Source: Candidatus Eiseniibacteriota bacterium (GTDB taxonomy: Bacteria; Eisenbacteria; RBG-16-71-46). From it: a stretch of 64,000 bases of DNA. The notes under the pieces were generated by a model. That model made no database searches, was not told where the DNA came from, and worked only from the letters and a program-made list of their open reading frames with translations. Below are positions 1 through 9,670 of this stretch, one piece after another. The number at the start of each line of letters is the position of its first letter. Position 1 is the stretch's first letter. The stretch covers positions 64,001 to 128,000 of the forward strand of contig JBGAOA010000002.1 in NCBI GenBank assembly GCA_044222065.1, in the 5' to 3' direction. The position numbers and the translations under genes are program-made.

Positions 1-78
1 CTCGACCTTTCGAATCTGACCCGCTTCTCGCTCGGTACGGTGACCGACGAGGAGAGGAAGGAGGTCGAGGGACTGTGA
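1..78 (+). CDS. 3' end of ExbD/TolR family biopolymer transport protein (partial)
   Basis: Frame 1 reads LDLSNLTRFSLGTVTDEERKEVEGL*, resembling an ExbD C-terminus. Its TGA overlaps the GTG start of the tonB gene. Confidence 0.6.
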   Translation, partial: LDLSNLTRFSLGTVTDEERKEVEGL

Positions 79-794
79 CCGCGGAACGCATTTCGCTTTA
101 CGACTTCATGCCCTACGGGGCGCCCGAGCTGCGAGAAGTCGCCCGCAAGTACATGGTGCGGGCGGTCGCGGTGGCCTGCCTCGCGTGGCTCAGCGTGTTC
201 CTCGTGTCGTTCGGCACGAGCGAGCTGCTGAAGCGACGTCCGCACGAGGAGAAGGTCATCATCGTTCCGTACCGCGAGCTGCAGGCGCCGCCGCCGCTCA
301 CGGACAACGAGCCGCCGCCGCAGGTGGCGATCGCGCAGCCGACGGCGCCGCCCACGGTGGGCGTCGCGGTGCCGGTGCCCGACGCGGAAGCGCCTCCCGA
401 GCAGACCATCGCCTCGCAGGAGGAAATCGCCGCGGCGACGCCCGGAACGAGCACGCAGGAGGGCGACAACATCGTCGTCGCGCCTCCATCCGAAGAGGAG
501 ATGCCGAAGTTCGGCGAGTACGTCTACACGGACGAACTGCCGGAGCTGATCACGAAGGTTCAGCCCGCGTACCCCGACATCGCGCGTGAAGCGGGCGTCG
601 AGGGCAAGGTGCTGGTGCAGGCGCTGGTCGGCAAGGACGGCAGGGTCAAGGACACGCGTGTCGTGAGCGGTCCGCCGATGCTGAAGGACAACGCCGAGGC
701 GGCGGTCAAGCAGTACGTGTTCAAGCCAGCGCTTGCGAACAACAAGCCGGTGGCCTGCTGGGTCGCGATTCCGATCAATTTCACCCTGCACTGA
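75..794 (+). CDS. tonB: TonB family energy transducer
   Basis: N-terminal TM helix, Pro-rich linker and TonB C-terminal domain ([28 protein letters not shown]...PINFTL). Confidence 0.9.
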   Translation: MTAERISLYDFMPYGAPELREVARKYMVRAVAVACLAWLSVFLVSFGTSELLKRRPHEEKVIIVPYRELQAPPPLTDNEPPPQVAIAQPTAPPTVGVAVPVPDAEAPPEQTIASQEEIAAATPGTSTQEGDNIVVAPPSEEEMPKFGEYVYTDELPELITKVQPAYPDIAREAGVEGKVLVQALVGKDGRVKDTRVVSGPPMLKDNAEAAVKQYVFKPALANNKPVACWVAIPINFTLH

Positions 795-877
795 GAGGCG
801 GCACCGGGGCCGAGACATCGTCCGAACCGGGACGGAGGATGCAGTGAGGGAATCGCCGCGATGGCGCGGAGGGTTCC

Positions 878-1498
878 ATGCGTTCGACGTCGAAGGTTTC
901 GCTGCACGAGTTCCTGCCCTACGGCGCGCCCGACCTGATCGCGGCGGCGCGTCCCGATCTGGCCCGGTCGCTGGCGGTTTCCGCCGGTGGCTGGGCCATC
1001 GTGTTCGTGGCGATGGTGATTGCGCTGCCGTGGATGCCGGCGCCGCGACTCGTCGGGGTGGCGCCGCCACGCGATCCCGTCGTTCCGATTCCCGTCGTGA
1101 CGCCCGTGACTCCGGTCGTGGATCCGGGGACGCCGGTCGTGGCCCCGCGAGCGCCCGGCGTCGCGGGCGGCGTTCCGGTACCCGCGCCCGAGCCGATGGA
1201 GAGTGGCGCGGGCGAGACCCCGCTCTACGAAGTGGACGAACTCCCGCAGCCCGTCACGAGCCCGGTTCCCGAGTACCCGTCGCTCGCGCGCGAGATCGGG
1301 CTCGAGGGCGTGGTCGCGATCAAGGTGCTCGTCGGGCGCGACGGTCGCGTCGAGGCCGCCGAGGTCGTGCACTCCGGCGGCACGTTCGACGGCGCGGCCC
1401 TCGAGAGCGCGCGGCGCTGGGTGTTCACCCCGGCACTCGTCCGCGGGCATCCCGTTCGGGTCTGGGTCGTGCTGCCGTTCCGCTTCAAGCTCCGCTGA
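878..1498 (+). CDS. Second TonB family protein
   Basis: Same architecture (PEYPSLAREIGLEGVV...PFRFKL). Shares the N-terminal SLxxFxPYGAPxL motif with the upstream TonB. Confidence 0.85.
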   Translation: MRSTSKVSLHEFLPYGAPDLIAAARPDLARSLAVSAGGWAIVFVAMVIALPWMPAPRLVGVAPPRDPVVPIPVVTPVTPVVDPGTPVVAPRAPGVAGGVPVPAPEPMESGAGETPLYEVDELPQPVTSPVPEYPSLAREIGLEGVVAIKVLVGRDGRVEAAEVVHSGGTFDGAALESARRWVFTPALVRGHPVRVWVVLPFRFKLR

Positions 1499-1590
1499 AG
1501 CGGGAGCGCTGAAGTCGGCGTGCGGGCGCAGGCTGCCTCTTCGTCGCGCCCGCGCCCGGGGGGGTATTGTCCGCGCCGGTAGGGGGCCGG

Positions 1591-1619
1591 TTGACCGTCC
1601 TGAACGCGCTCCATAACCT
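1591..1619 (+). promoter_or_regulatory. Putative sigma70 promoter
   Basis: TTGACC-N17-TAACCT, 50 bp upstream of the ATG at 1669, which has a CAGGAG RBS. Confidence 0.6.
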
Positions 1620-1668
1620 GCGTTCCGCAGTCCGCGCACACCTGTCCCCGCACGTCAGGAGTGACCCC

Positions 1669-2427
1669 ATGTCCAGCGAATTCCCCTCCGCCCCGGCGGC
1701 CGACGCCACCGGTCCGTCGCTCTCGCTCCTGCAACGCTCGATCGCCGTGTTCGCCCGTCCGTCGCAGGCCTGGGGCGGATTGCGCGAACGGACGCAGTGG
1801 TGGTTCCCGCTCGTCGTCCTGCTCCTCGTTCACGCACTCAGCGCCGCGGTGCTGTTCCGCACCGCGATGATCCCGATGCTGCACGATCAGTGGGAGGAAC
1901 AGATCGCCGCCGGGAACATGACGACGGAGCAGATGGACAAGGCGAGTGCGTTCATGGATAGCAACTTCGGCCTCGTCGCGACGATCGTGCCGCAGGTCGT
2001 CATGCTCGTGCTGCTGACGCTCCTCGAGGCCCTGCTCCTGTGGTTCGGGGCCGGCTTCGTCCTCGGCACGGGGATGAAATTCCGGTGGGCGCTCGAGGTC
2101 GTCTCGTGGTCCGGTCTCGTGACCATCCCGGGCGCCATTCTGATGTCGGTGCTCGCGTGGACGAACGGCACGATGAAGAACCTCCACATCGGCTTCGGGA
2201 TCCTGCTGCCCTCGAATGATCCGCCGACTCGGATTCTGACCGCGCTCGGGGCGTTCCTCGACGGCATCGGGCCGCTCGCGATCTGGTTCCTGATCGTCGC
2301 GATCCTCGGCGCCTCGGCGCTCTCCGGGGCCCCCGTTCGCCGCATCGCCGGCGTGCTCGTCGGCATTTACCTCGCGGTGCTCCTCTTTGGCGCCGGCCTC
2401 GCGGCCGTGATGGTCCCGGCGTCCTGA
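1669..2427 (+). CDS. Yip1/YknW-like membrane protein
   Basis: Several TM helices, an 'IAVFARPSQAW' Yip1-like start and a position before a MacAB-TolC-like operon. ATG 1669 chosen over TTG 1567 because of the RBS. Confidence 0.75.
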   Translation: MSSEFPSAPAADATGPSLSLLQRSIAVFARPSQAWGGLRERTQWWFPLVVLLLVHALSAAVLFRTAMIPMLHDQWEEQIAAGNMTTEQMDKASAFMDSNFGLVATIVPQVVMLVLLTLLEALLLWFGAGFVLGTGMKFRWALEVVSWSGLVTIPGAILMSVLAWTNGTMKNLHIGFGILLPSNDPPTRILTALGAFLDGIGPLAIWFLIVAILGASALSGAPVRRIAGVLVGIYLAVLLFGAGLAAVMVPAS

Positions 2428-2433
2428 CGAAGC

Positions 2434-2459
2434 TGAAACACAATTCAACCTTCTGCGTA
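2434..2459 (+). promoter_or_regulatory. Putative ECF sigma (SigW-like) promoter
   Basis: TGAAAC-N16-CGTA in an AT-richer spacer upstream of tolC. Confidence 0.55.
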
Positions 2460-2512
2460 GAAGCGCTCATGCGACGGATTGCGTCCGTCGTCGGGACGTC
2501 AGGGAGGCAGGA

Positions 2513-3868
2513 ATGATGAGATTGGGACGCTGGGCGATGGCCGCGATGCTCGCGAGCACGACCCTGACCGGAGTGGCGTCCGCCGCCGTCTTGACGGTGG
2601 ACGACGCCGTGAAGCTCGCGCTGCAGAACGGCCCCGGCGCTCACGAGGCCGAAGCCAACGTTCTCGGCTCGAAGGGGCAGCTGTGGAACGCGTACTCGGG
2701 CGTGCTGCCGCGAGTTTCCGGGTCGCTGTCGCGCTTCCAGAACGAGACGATCGGCGCGCAGCAGAACGGCACCGCGGTGTTCCTCGGCACCGAATTCCCG
2801 TTCTCGCAGACGAGCGACAGCGAGTCGCACGGCACGACTCCGGGGCTCAGCGCGTCCTGGACGCTCCTCAGCCTGTCGTCCTGGTCGAACCTGTCGGCCG
2901 CGCGAACCGGGTTCCGCGCGGCGCGCCACTCGCGGTCGTCGGCGCGCAACGACGTCGTCCTCGACGTGAAGCAGAAGTACTACGGCGTCGTGAAGGCGGT
3001 ACGGCTCGCGGACGTGTCGAGCGGCGCGCTCAAACTCGCGCGCGACGACGAGCGGCGCGTTCGCGCCCTGTTCGAGGTCGGCTCGGTGTCCCGCAGCGAT
3101 CTCCTCAAGGCGCAGGTGCGCACAGCTCAGAGCCAGCTCGATTCGCTCACGAAGCATCATCAGGTGACGGTGCAGCGCATCGCGCTCGCGACTTCGGTCG
3201 GCGTGTCCGAATCGGCGCTCGGCGAAGTCGACACGACGCTGACGGCCGCCCCGGTGGAGTACGACGAGTCCTCGCTCGTTTCGGAAGCGGCGAAGGCTCG
3301 TCCGGACCTGCTGGCGTCGGAAGCGGGCGTTCGGGCCGCGCAGGCGTCGCTCAATTCGGCGCGCTTCCGCCGGCTCCCGTACCTGACCGCGGGCGGGTCG
3401 GTGGACCTGAACTCCAAGTCGCGTTCGACGACCACGCAGTCCGGCGTCACGCCGCGTTCGACGAACAGCGAGACCGAGCGTTCGCTCCAGGCGTCGCTCG
3501 CCCTGAACTGGGATCTCTTCGACGGCTTCGCCACCGACGGCGCGATCGCGTCGGCGCGTGCGAACCTGATCCGTTCGCGCGATCAGCGCGACGTCCTGCG
3601 CCGCAACCTCGAGAGCGAGGTGCACCAGGCGCTGCTCACGTACCGCGAAGCGCTCGAGCGCTCGAACGTGTCGCAGCGGGCGCTCGAGTCGGCGACCGAG
3701 AACCTCAAGCTCACGCAGCAGAAGTACAACGTCGGTTCGGCGACGATCCTGGACTTGATCGACGCCCAGGTGCAGCTGCAGACCGCGCAGAGCGACATCG
3801 TCTCGGCGATGGCGGACATCCGCCTCGCGGAGGCGGCGGTGGATCGCGTCCGCGGTCGCGGCGAGTGA
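2513..3868 (+). CDS. TolC family outer membrane efflux protein
   Basis: Signal peptide, two OEP repeats (VLDVKQKYY; FEVGSVSRSDLL; YNVGSATILDLIDAQ) and a GGAGG RBS. Confidence 0.92.
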   Translation: MMRLGRWAMAAMLASTTLTGVASAAVLTVDDAVKLALQNGPGAHEAEANVLGSKGQLWNAYSGVLPRVSGSLSRFQNETIGAQQNGTAVFLGTEFPFSQTSDSESHGTTPGLSASWTLLSLSSWSNLSAARTGFRAARHSRSSARNDVVLDVKQKYYGVVKAVRLADVSSGALKLARDDERRVRALFEVGSVSRSDLLKAQVRTAQSQLDSLTKHHQVTVQRIALATSVGVSESALGEVDTTLTAAPVEYDESSLVSEAAKARPDLLASEAGVRAAQASLNSARFRRLPYLTAGGSVDLNSKSRSTTTQSGVTPRSTNSETERSLQASLALNWDLFDGFATDGAIASARANLIRSRDQRDVLRRNLESEVHQALLTYREALERSNVSQRALESATENLKLTQQKYNVGSATILDLIDAQVQLQTAQSDIVSAMADIRLAEAAVDRVRGRGE

Positions 3869-3890
3869 AGTTCGGACCACAGGGGACGCC

Positions 3891-5195
3891 ATGAAGAAGA
3901 AGTGGTTGTGGATCGGCCTCGGCGCGTTGCTGCTCGTCCTCATCGTCGTCGCCGGTATCGCGAAGAACTCCGGGAGCAAGGTCACCGCGGTTCAGTTCGC
4001 GCGCGTCCGCAAGGAGATCATCACCTCCACCGTGCGCGCCCCCGGCAAGATCGAACCGAAGACCCAGGTGAAGATCAGCGCCGACATCGCGGCCAAGGTC
4101 ATCGACCTGCGCGTGAAGGAAGGCGATGCCGTGAAGCGCGGCCAGCTCATGCTGCAGCTCGACGACACGCAGTACCGGACCTTCTTCGAGCAGTCGAAGG
4201 CGGCGTACGCGTCCGCCCAGGCGCGGCTCCGCGAGGCGACTCACAGCCAGGGGGTCGTGAACGCGAACTACGAACGCCAGTCCTCGCTCTTCAAGCAGGG
4301 TCTGCTGTCGCAGGCCGAGTGGGACCAGGCGACGAGCACGCACGAGTCGGCGAACGTCGCGGCCGCGATGGCCGCCGAGGAAGTCACGCGTTCGCGCTCG
4401 GCGATGGAAGCCGCTCGCGACAATCTCGACAAGACCCGGTTCATCGCGCCGTTCGACGGCGTCGTGAGCGCGCTCAACGTCGAGGAAGGCGAGATCGTCA
4501 TCACGGGCACGATGAACAACCCCGGCACGCAGATCATGGTCGTGTCCGACCTGTCGCGCATGCTCGTGCGCGCCGACGTGGATGAGACCGACGTCGTGGA
4601 CATGAAGATCGGGCAGAAGGCGAAGATCTCGGTGGACGCGCTCCCGGACACGACGTTCCCCGGCACGGTCGTCGAGATCGGGAACACGGCGAAGCGCTCC
4701 ATCACGTCCACGGTGGAAGGACAGACGAACTTCGAAGTGAAGGTCGTGTTCGACGACAACGTCGCCGCGGTTCGGCCGGGCATGACCGCCGACGTCGAGA
4801 TCGAGACGGCGTCGCGCGACGGCGCGCTCGGCGTGCCGATCCAGGCCGTGGTCGTGCGCACGCAGCGCGAACTGGACCGTGCCGCGAAGCCCGGCGCGGG
4901 CAAGCAGGCGCGCAAGCCGAAGCCGCGCGCCGGAGACGCGATCGCCGCCGAGGACGACACGGTCGGCCGCAAGGACAAGGAGATCACCGGCGTGTTCGTG
5001 GCGAAGGACGGCGTTGCGTCGTTCGTTCCCGTGCGGACCGGCATTGCGAGCGAGACCACGATCGAGGTGCTCGGCGAGGTGAAGGAAGGCGAGACGATCG
5101 TCGCGGGTCCCTACAAGGCGCTGCGCGAGCTGAAGCCCGGCAACAGGGTGAAGGCAGAGGCGGCGGGCAAGGGAGGAAGCGGTGGCCGGAAGTAA
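3891..5195 (+). CDS. MacA-like periplasmic adaptor (MFP)
   Basis: N-terminal TM, lipoyl halves ([19 protein letters not shown]), coiled coil and RPGMTA motif. Confidence 0.92.
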   Translation: MKKKWLWIGLGALLLVLIVVAGIAKNSGSKVTAVQFARVRKEIITSTVRAPGKIEPKTQVKISADIAAKVIDLRVKEGDAVKRGQLMLQLDDTQYRTFFEQSKAAYASAQARLREATHSQGVVNANYERQSSLFKQGLLSQAEWDQATSTHESANVAAAMAAEEVTRSRSAMEAARDNLDKTRFIAPFDGVVSALNVEEGEIVITGTMNNPGTQIMVVSDLSRMLVRADVDETDVVDMKIGQKAKISVDALPDTTFPGTVVEIGNTAKRSITSTVEGQTNFEVKVVFDDNVAAVRPGMTADVEIETASRDGALGVPIQAVVVRTQRELDRAAKPGAGKQARKPKPRAGDAIAAEDDTVGRKDKEITGVFVAKDGVASFVPVRTGIASETTIEVLGEVKEGETIVAGPYKALRELKPGNRVKAEAAGKGGSGGRK

Positions 5196-5904
5196 CGGCG
5201 AGAGCCTGATCCAGATCCGCGACCTCTACCGGATCTACCAGGTCGGCACCGAGGAAGTGCACGCTCTGAACGGCGTGGACCTCGACATCCGGACGAACGA
5301 ATATGTCGCGATCATGGGGCCGTCGGGGTCGGGCAAGAGCACGCTCATGAACCTGCTCGGCTGTCTCGACACTCCGACGCGCGGCTCGTACCAGCTGAAG
5401 GGGCAGGAGATCGGTTCGATGACGGACGACGATCTTGCGCGCATCCGAAATCGCGAGATCGGCTTCGTCTTCCAGACCTTCAATCTGCTGCCGCGTGCCG
5501 ACGCGCTACACAACGTGGAACTGCCGCTCGTGTATGCGGGCATGCGTCACGAGGAGCGCCGTCAGCGCGCGCGCGAGGCGCTCGTGACCGTGGGACTCGC
5601 CGACCGCATGAAGCACCGGCCGAACGAGCTGTCGGGCGGCCAGCGGCAGCGCGTCGCGATCGCGCGCGCGCTGGTGAATCGGCCGAGCATCATCCTCGCG
5701 GACGAGCCGACCGGAAATCTCGACACGGCGACGGGTGTGGAGATCATGAATGCGTTCGAGCGCATCTGGGAGCAGGGCAACACCGTGATCCTGGTGACGC
5801 ACGAGGCCGACATCGCACAGCACGCGCGCCGCATCGTGCGCATGCGCGACGGCAAGATCGAGAGCGACGTCGTGAATTCCATGTCCCCGAAGGCACACGC
5901 GTGA
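5182..5904 (+). CDS. MacB/LolD-type ABC ATP-binding protein
   Basis: Walker A GPSGSGKS, signature LSGGQRQR, Walker [12 protein letters not shown] and H-loop VTHE. Confidence 0.95.
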   Translation: MAGSNGESLIQIRDLYRIYQVGTEEVHALNGVDLDIRTNEYVAIMGPSGSGKSTLMNLLGCLDTPTRGSYQLKGQEIGSMTDDDLARIRNREIGFVFQTFNLLPRADALHNVELPLVYAGMRHEERRQRAREALVTVGLADRMKHRPNELSGGQRQRVAIARALVNRPSIILADEPTGNLDTATGVEIMNAFERIWEQGNTVILVTHEADIAQHARRIVRMRDGKIESDVVNSMSPKAHA

Positions 5905-7118
5905 TCCTGCGGGAGAGCGTGGGCATCGCGCTCGGAGCGTTGCGGGCGAACAAGCTGCGGTCCTTCCTGACGCTGCTCGGCACGATCATCGGCGTGATGT
6001 CCGTGATCGCCGTCGTGTCGTTCGTCGAAGGCATGAACCGCTACGTGTCCGACAAGCTGATCGACGCCGGTTCGAACACGTTCGAGGTCGACAAGTTCGG
6101 ACTGATCATGAGCCAGGAGGCGTACGACGAGGCGCGCAAGCGCCCCGACGTGACGGTGGCGGAAGGCGACATGCTGCGGGAGCGCCTGCGCACCGCGTCG
6201 CAGGTCGTCATCGCCCAGGCCACGTCGCTGAACGTCCGCTACCGCTCGAAGCTCGTCGCGAACGTCCGCGTGCGCGGCCGCAGCGCGGGCTACGAGATCA
6301 TCGACGACCTCGCGATCGACGCCGGGCGGCACCTGAACGACTTCGACGACCAGCGCCGGCAGCTCACGTGCGTGATCGGGCCCGAAGTCGCCGAGGAGCT
6401 GTTCGAGAACCTGGACCCGGTCGGGCGGCGAATCCGGGTCGGCGATCACCTGTACGAGATCGTCGGCGTGGGGAAGGCGAAAGGACGAGTGCTGGGCGAG
6501 AGCCAGGATCGCTACGTCATCGTTCCGATCCGCACGTTCGTGAAGTACGAGATGGAGCGCGGATCGGTGAGCGTGCTCGTGAAGAGCCGCGATCAGGCTT
6601 CGTTGCCGGCGACGCAGCAGGAAGTGCGGAACCTGCTTCGCGCGCGGCGCCACCTCGGACCGGGAAAGCCCGACAACTTCGCGATCACGACCTCCGACGC
6701 GTACATGGACCTCTATCGCAACCTCACCGGCGGCATCTTCGTCGTGAGCATCGGCGTGGCGGCGATCTCGCTGCTCGTCGGCGGCATCGTGATCATGAAC
6801 ATCATGCTCGTGTCGGTGACCGAGCGAACGCGCGAGATCGGCGTGCGCAAGGCGCTCGGCGCGCGGCGCCGCGACATCCTCACGCAGTTCCTCGTGGAGT
6901 CCATCACGCTTTCGCTCGCGGGGGGCATGACGGGCATCGTTCTCGGGGTCGCGATCGCGCTCCTGGTCGGGGCGATCAGCCCGCTGCCGGCGGCCGTCAA
7001 CGTGCCCGCGTTGTTTCTCGGCATCCTGATGTCCACGGGGGTCGGCGTGTTCTTCGGTTCCTATCCCGCCGTGCGTGCGGCGCGCCTCGATCCGATCGAA
7101 GCGCTGAGGTACGAGTAG
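5901..7118 (+). CDS. MacB-type ABC permease 1
   Basis: [11 protein letters not shown] start, periplasmic domain, [22 protein letters not shown] and DPIEALRYE end. Confidence 0.93.
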   Translation: MILRESVGIALGALRANKLRSFLTLLGTIIGVMSVIAVVSFVEGMNRYVSDKLIDAGSNTFEVDKFGLIMSQEAYDEARKRPDVTVAEGDMLRERLRTASQVVIAQATSLNVRYRSKLVANVRVRGRSAGYEIIDDLAIDAGRHLNDFDDQRRQLTCVIGPEVAEELFENLDPVGRRIRVGDHLYEIVGVGKAKGRVLGESQDRYVIVPIRTFVKYEMERGSVSVLVKSRDQASLPATQQEVRNLLRARRHLGPGKPDNFAITTSDAYMDLYRNLTGGIFVVSIGVAAISLLVGGIVIMNIMLVSVTERTREIGVRKALGARRRDILTQFLVESITLSLAGGMTGIVLGVAIALLVGAISPLPAAVNVPALFLGILMSTGVGVFFGSYPAVRAARLDPIEALRYE

Positions 7119-7121
7119 CCC

Positions 7122-8390
7122 GTGGACCTCTTCCTCCTGCGGGAGACCCTGGGCATGGCGGGCCGTGCGCTCGTCGCGAACCGGCTGCGTTCGCTCCTCG
7201 CGCTGCTCGGCATCGTCATCGGCGTCGCGACCGTCATCGGGATGGTGTCCCTGATCAACGGCTTCCAGCGCTCGTTCCAGCAGAGCATCCAGTCCATCGG
7301 GAACAACACGATCTACGTGCGCCGGATCCGGCCCGGCATCCAACTCAACGGGCAGATCCCCGACAGCCTCCGACAGCGCAAAGCCTTCACGATGGACGAT
7401 GCGCGCGCGATCCTCGATCAGTGCCCGAGCGTCGCGGCGGTGTCGCCGTTCAAGTTCCCCTGGGACGACCTGCGACTCGGGCATCGTGGCAAGCAGACGC
7501 GCACGACGTTCGTCTTCGGCACGAACCAGGACTACCTGCGGACGCACGGATACGACCTCGCGCGCGGCCGTTTCTTCACCGAGGAAGAGGTGCGGCGCCG
7601 AGCGCACGTCGTCGTGATCGGCAAGGACACGCGCGAGGCGCTGTTCGGCGACCGCGCGGGGATCGGACAGACCGTGCGCATCGGCACGATCCCGTTCACC
7701 GTGATCGGGGAGTTCGAGTCGAAGGGCAAGTTCCTCGGCAACAACTTCGACGAGGTCGCGGTCGTGCCGTACATGCTGATCGACAAGTACTGGTCGGCGC
7801 CGAATGACGCGCCGCCGTGGTTCCCGCGCAAGGGCGAACTGTTCCTCGACGCGCTGCCGACGTCTCCCGAGGTCAGCGAAGAGGCGCAGCGGCAGATCAC
7901 CGAGGTGCTGCGGGTCCGCCGCCACGTGCCGAGCAACAAGCTGAACGACTTCGCGATCTTCACGGACGAAGCTTTCATGCAGCTCTACCAGCAGATCACC
8001 GGGGCGATCGTCGCACTGATGACGCTCATCTCCTCGATCTCGCTCTTCGTCGGCGGCATCGGCGTCATGAACATCATGCTCGTCGCGGTCACCGAACGGA
8101 CGCGGGAGATCGGCGTGCGCAAGGCGCTCGGCGCGCCGCGACGCGCGATCCTGAGCCAGTTCCTCGTGGAGTCGGTGCTGCTCACGGCTTCGGGCGGCGT
8201 GCTCGGCATCGTGATCGGCGCCGGGATCTCCGCCTTCATCCACGCCGTGAGTCCGCTGCCGACCTACGTCTCGCTGTGGTCGGTCGCGCTCGGAGTGCTT
8301 TTTTCGGCGGCCGTGGGGGTGTTCTTCGGCCTCTATCCCGCGATGCGCGCGTCGCGCCTCGATCCTGTAGATTCCCTGCGTTACGAATGA
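7122..8390 (+). CDS. MacB-type ABC permease 2
   Basis: Same FtsX/MacB motifs ([31 protein letters not shown]). Confidence 0.93.
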   Translation: MDLFLLRETLGMAGRALVANRLRSLLALLGIVIGVATVIGMVSLINGFQRSFQQSIQSIGNNTIYVRRIRPGIQLNGQIPDSLRQRKAFTMDDARAILDQCPSVAAVSPFKFPWDDLRLGHRGKQTRTTFVFGTNQDYLRTHGYDLARGRFFTEEEVRRRAHVVVIGKDTREALFGDRAGIGQTVRIGTIPFTVIGEFESKGKFLGNNFDEVAVVPYMLIDKYWSAPNDAPPWFPRKGELFLDALPTSPEVSEEAQRQITEVLRVRRHVPSNKLNDFAIFTDEAFMQLYQQITGAIVALMTLISSISLFVGGIGVMNIMLVAVTERTREIGVRKALGAPRRAILSQFLVESVLLTASGGVLGIVIGAGISAFIHAVSPLPTYVSLWSVALGVLFSAAVGVFFGLYPAMRASRLDPVDSLRYE

Positions 8391-8452
8391 CGGGCGGGCG
8401 CGCCGCCGGAGGGCGGGGCGCACCGGACGTCCACCGGGGGAGTCGCCGGTCG

Positions 8453-9670
8453 ATGAACCTCCGCGAGAGCGCGGGGATCGCGCTCACCGCACTGCGCGCG
8501 CACAAGCTGCGCTCGTTCCTGACGCTGCTCGGCGTGATCATCGGCGTGAGTTCCGTCATCGCCGTGATTTCCCTCGTTCAGGGACTGAATCAGTACGTCT
8601 CGAGCAAATTGATTTCGTCGGGGTCCAACGTCTTCACGGTGGACCGCGTCGGGCTCGCATTCGACGACCTGACGTTCAACGACCGACTGCGACGCCCGAA
8701 TCTGACCCGGGCGCACGCACGGCTCGTCGCCACGACCGCGCGCCACGTGCTGGCGGCCACCGCCGCGCGCGGAGCCCTGGCGACCCTGCGCCGCGGCTCG
8801 CGCTCGCTACGCGCCGTCGGCGTCCAGGGCGTGGAGTCCGGCTACATGGAGGTCAGCGACCTGCCGGTCGCACGGGGGCGGCCGCTCGGCGACTCGGACG
8901 ACCTCGGTCGCGCCGACGTGTGCGTGATCGGCGCCGATGTCGCCGACGAACTGTTCGGTTCGCTGGACCCGCTGGACCGGGACATTCGAATCGGACCGCA
9001 CCGGCTGCTGGTCGTCGGCATCGGCGCCCGCAAGGGCTCGTCGTTCGGTCAAAGCCAGGACCAGTACGTGCTCGTTCCGCTCGGGACGTTCGACCGCATG
9101 TACGGTCGAATCGGCAGCGTGGACATTCAGGTGCGGAGCCGCTCGCAGGACGAATTCACGCAGGCGCAGGACGAGACGCGCAGCATCCTGCGGGCCGCGC
9201 GCCACCTGCGACCCGGCCAGCCCGACGACTTCGAGATTACGACGCCCGAGATGCTCCTGAGCCTGTGGCAGAACATCTCGGGCGCGATCTTCGTCGTGAT
9301 CATCGGCGTGTCGCTCATCTCGCTCGTCGTCGGCGGCATCGTGATCATGAACATCATGCTCGTGTCGGTGACGGAGCGCACGCGCGAGATCGGCGTACGG
9401 AAGGCGCTCGGCGCACGCCGCCGCGACATCCTCTTCCAGTTCCTCATCGAGGCCGTGACGCTGTCGGGGGTCGGCGGAGTCGTCGGCCTCCTGCTAGGTG
9501 TGGCGTTCGCGCTGCTCATCGGACTCGTCTCACCATTGCCGGTGTACGTGAGCCCGTTCGCGATCGTGCTGGGGCTCGTCACGGCGACGCTCGTCGGCGT
9601 GTTCTTCGGGTCCTACCCCGCGTCGCGGGCCGCGAAGCAGGACCCGATCGAAGCGCTGAGGTACGAGTGA
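8453..9670 (+). CDS. MacB-type ABC permease 3
   Basis: Lies within ORF 7817-9670 with its true start at MNLRESAG (8453, GGGGAG RBS). FtsX/MacB motifs. Confidence 0.92.
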   Translation: MNLRESAGIALTALRAHKLRSFLTLLGVIIGVSSVIAVISLVQGLNQYVSSKLISSGSNVFTVDRVGLAFDDLTFNDRLRRPNLTRAHARLVATTARHVLAATAARGALATLRRGSRSLRAVGVQGVESGYMEVSDLPVARGRPLGDSDDLGRADVCVIGADVADELFGSLDPLDRDIRIGPHRLLVVGIGARKGSSFGQSQDQYVLVPLGTFDRMYGRIGSVDIQVRSRSQDEFTQAQDETRSILRAARHLRPGQPDDFEITTPEMLLSLWQNISGAIFVVIIGVSLISLVVGGIVIMNIMLVSVTERTREIGVRKALGARRRDILFQFLIEAVTLSGVGGVVGLLLGVAFALLIGLVSPLPVYVSPFAIVLGLVTATLVGVFFGSYPASRAAKQDPIEALRYE

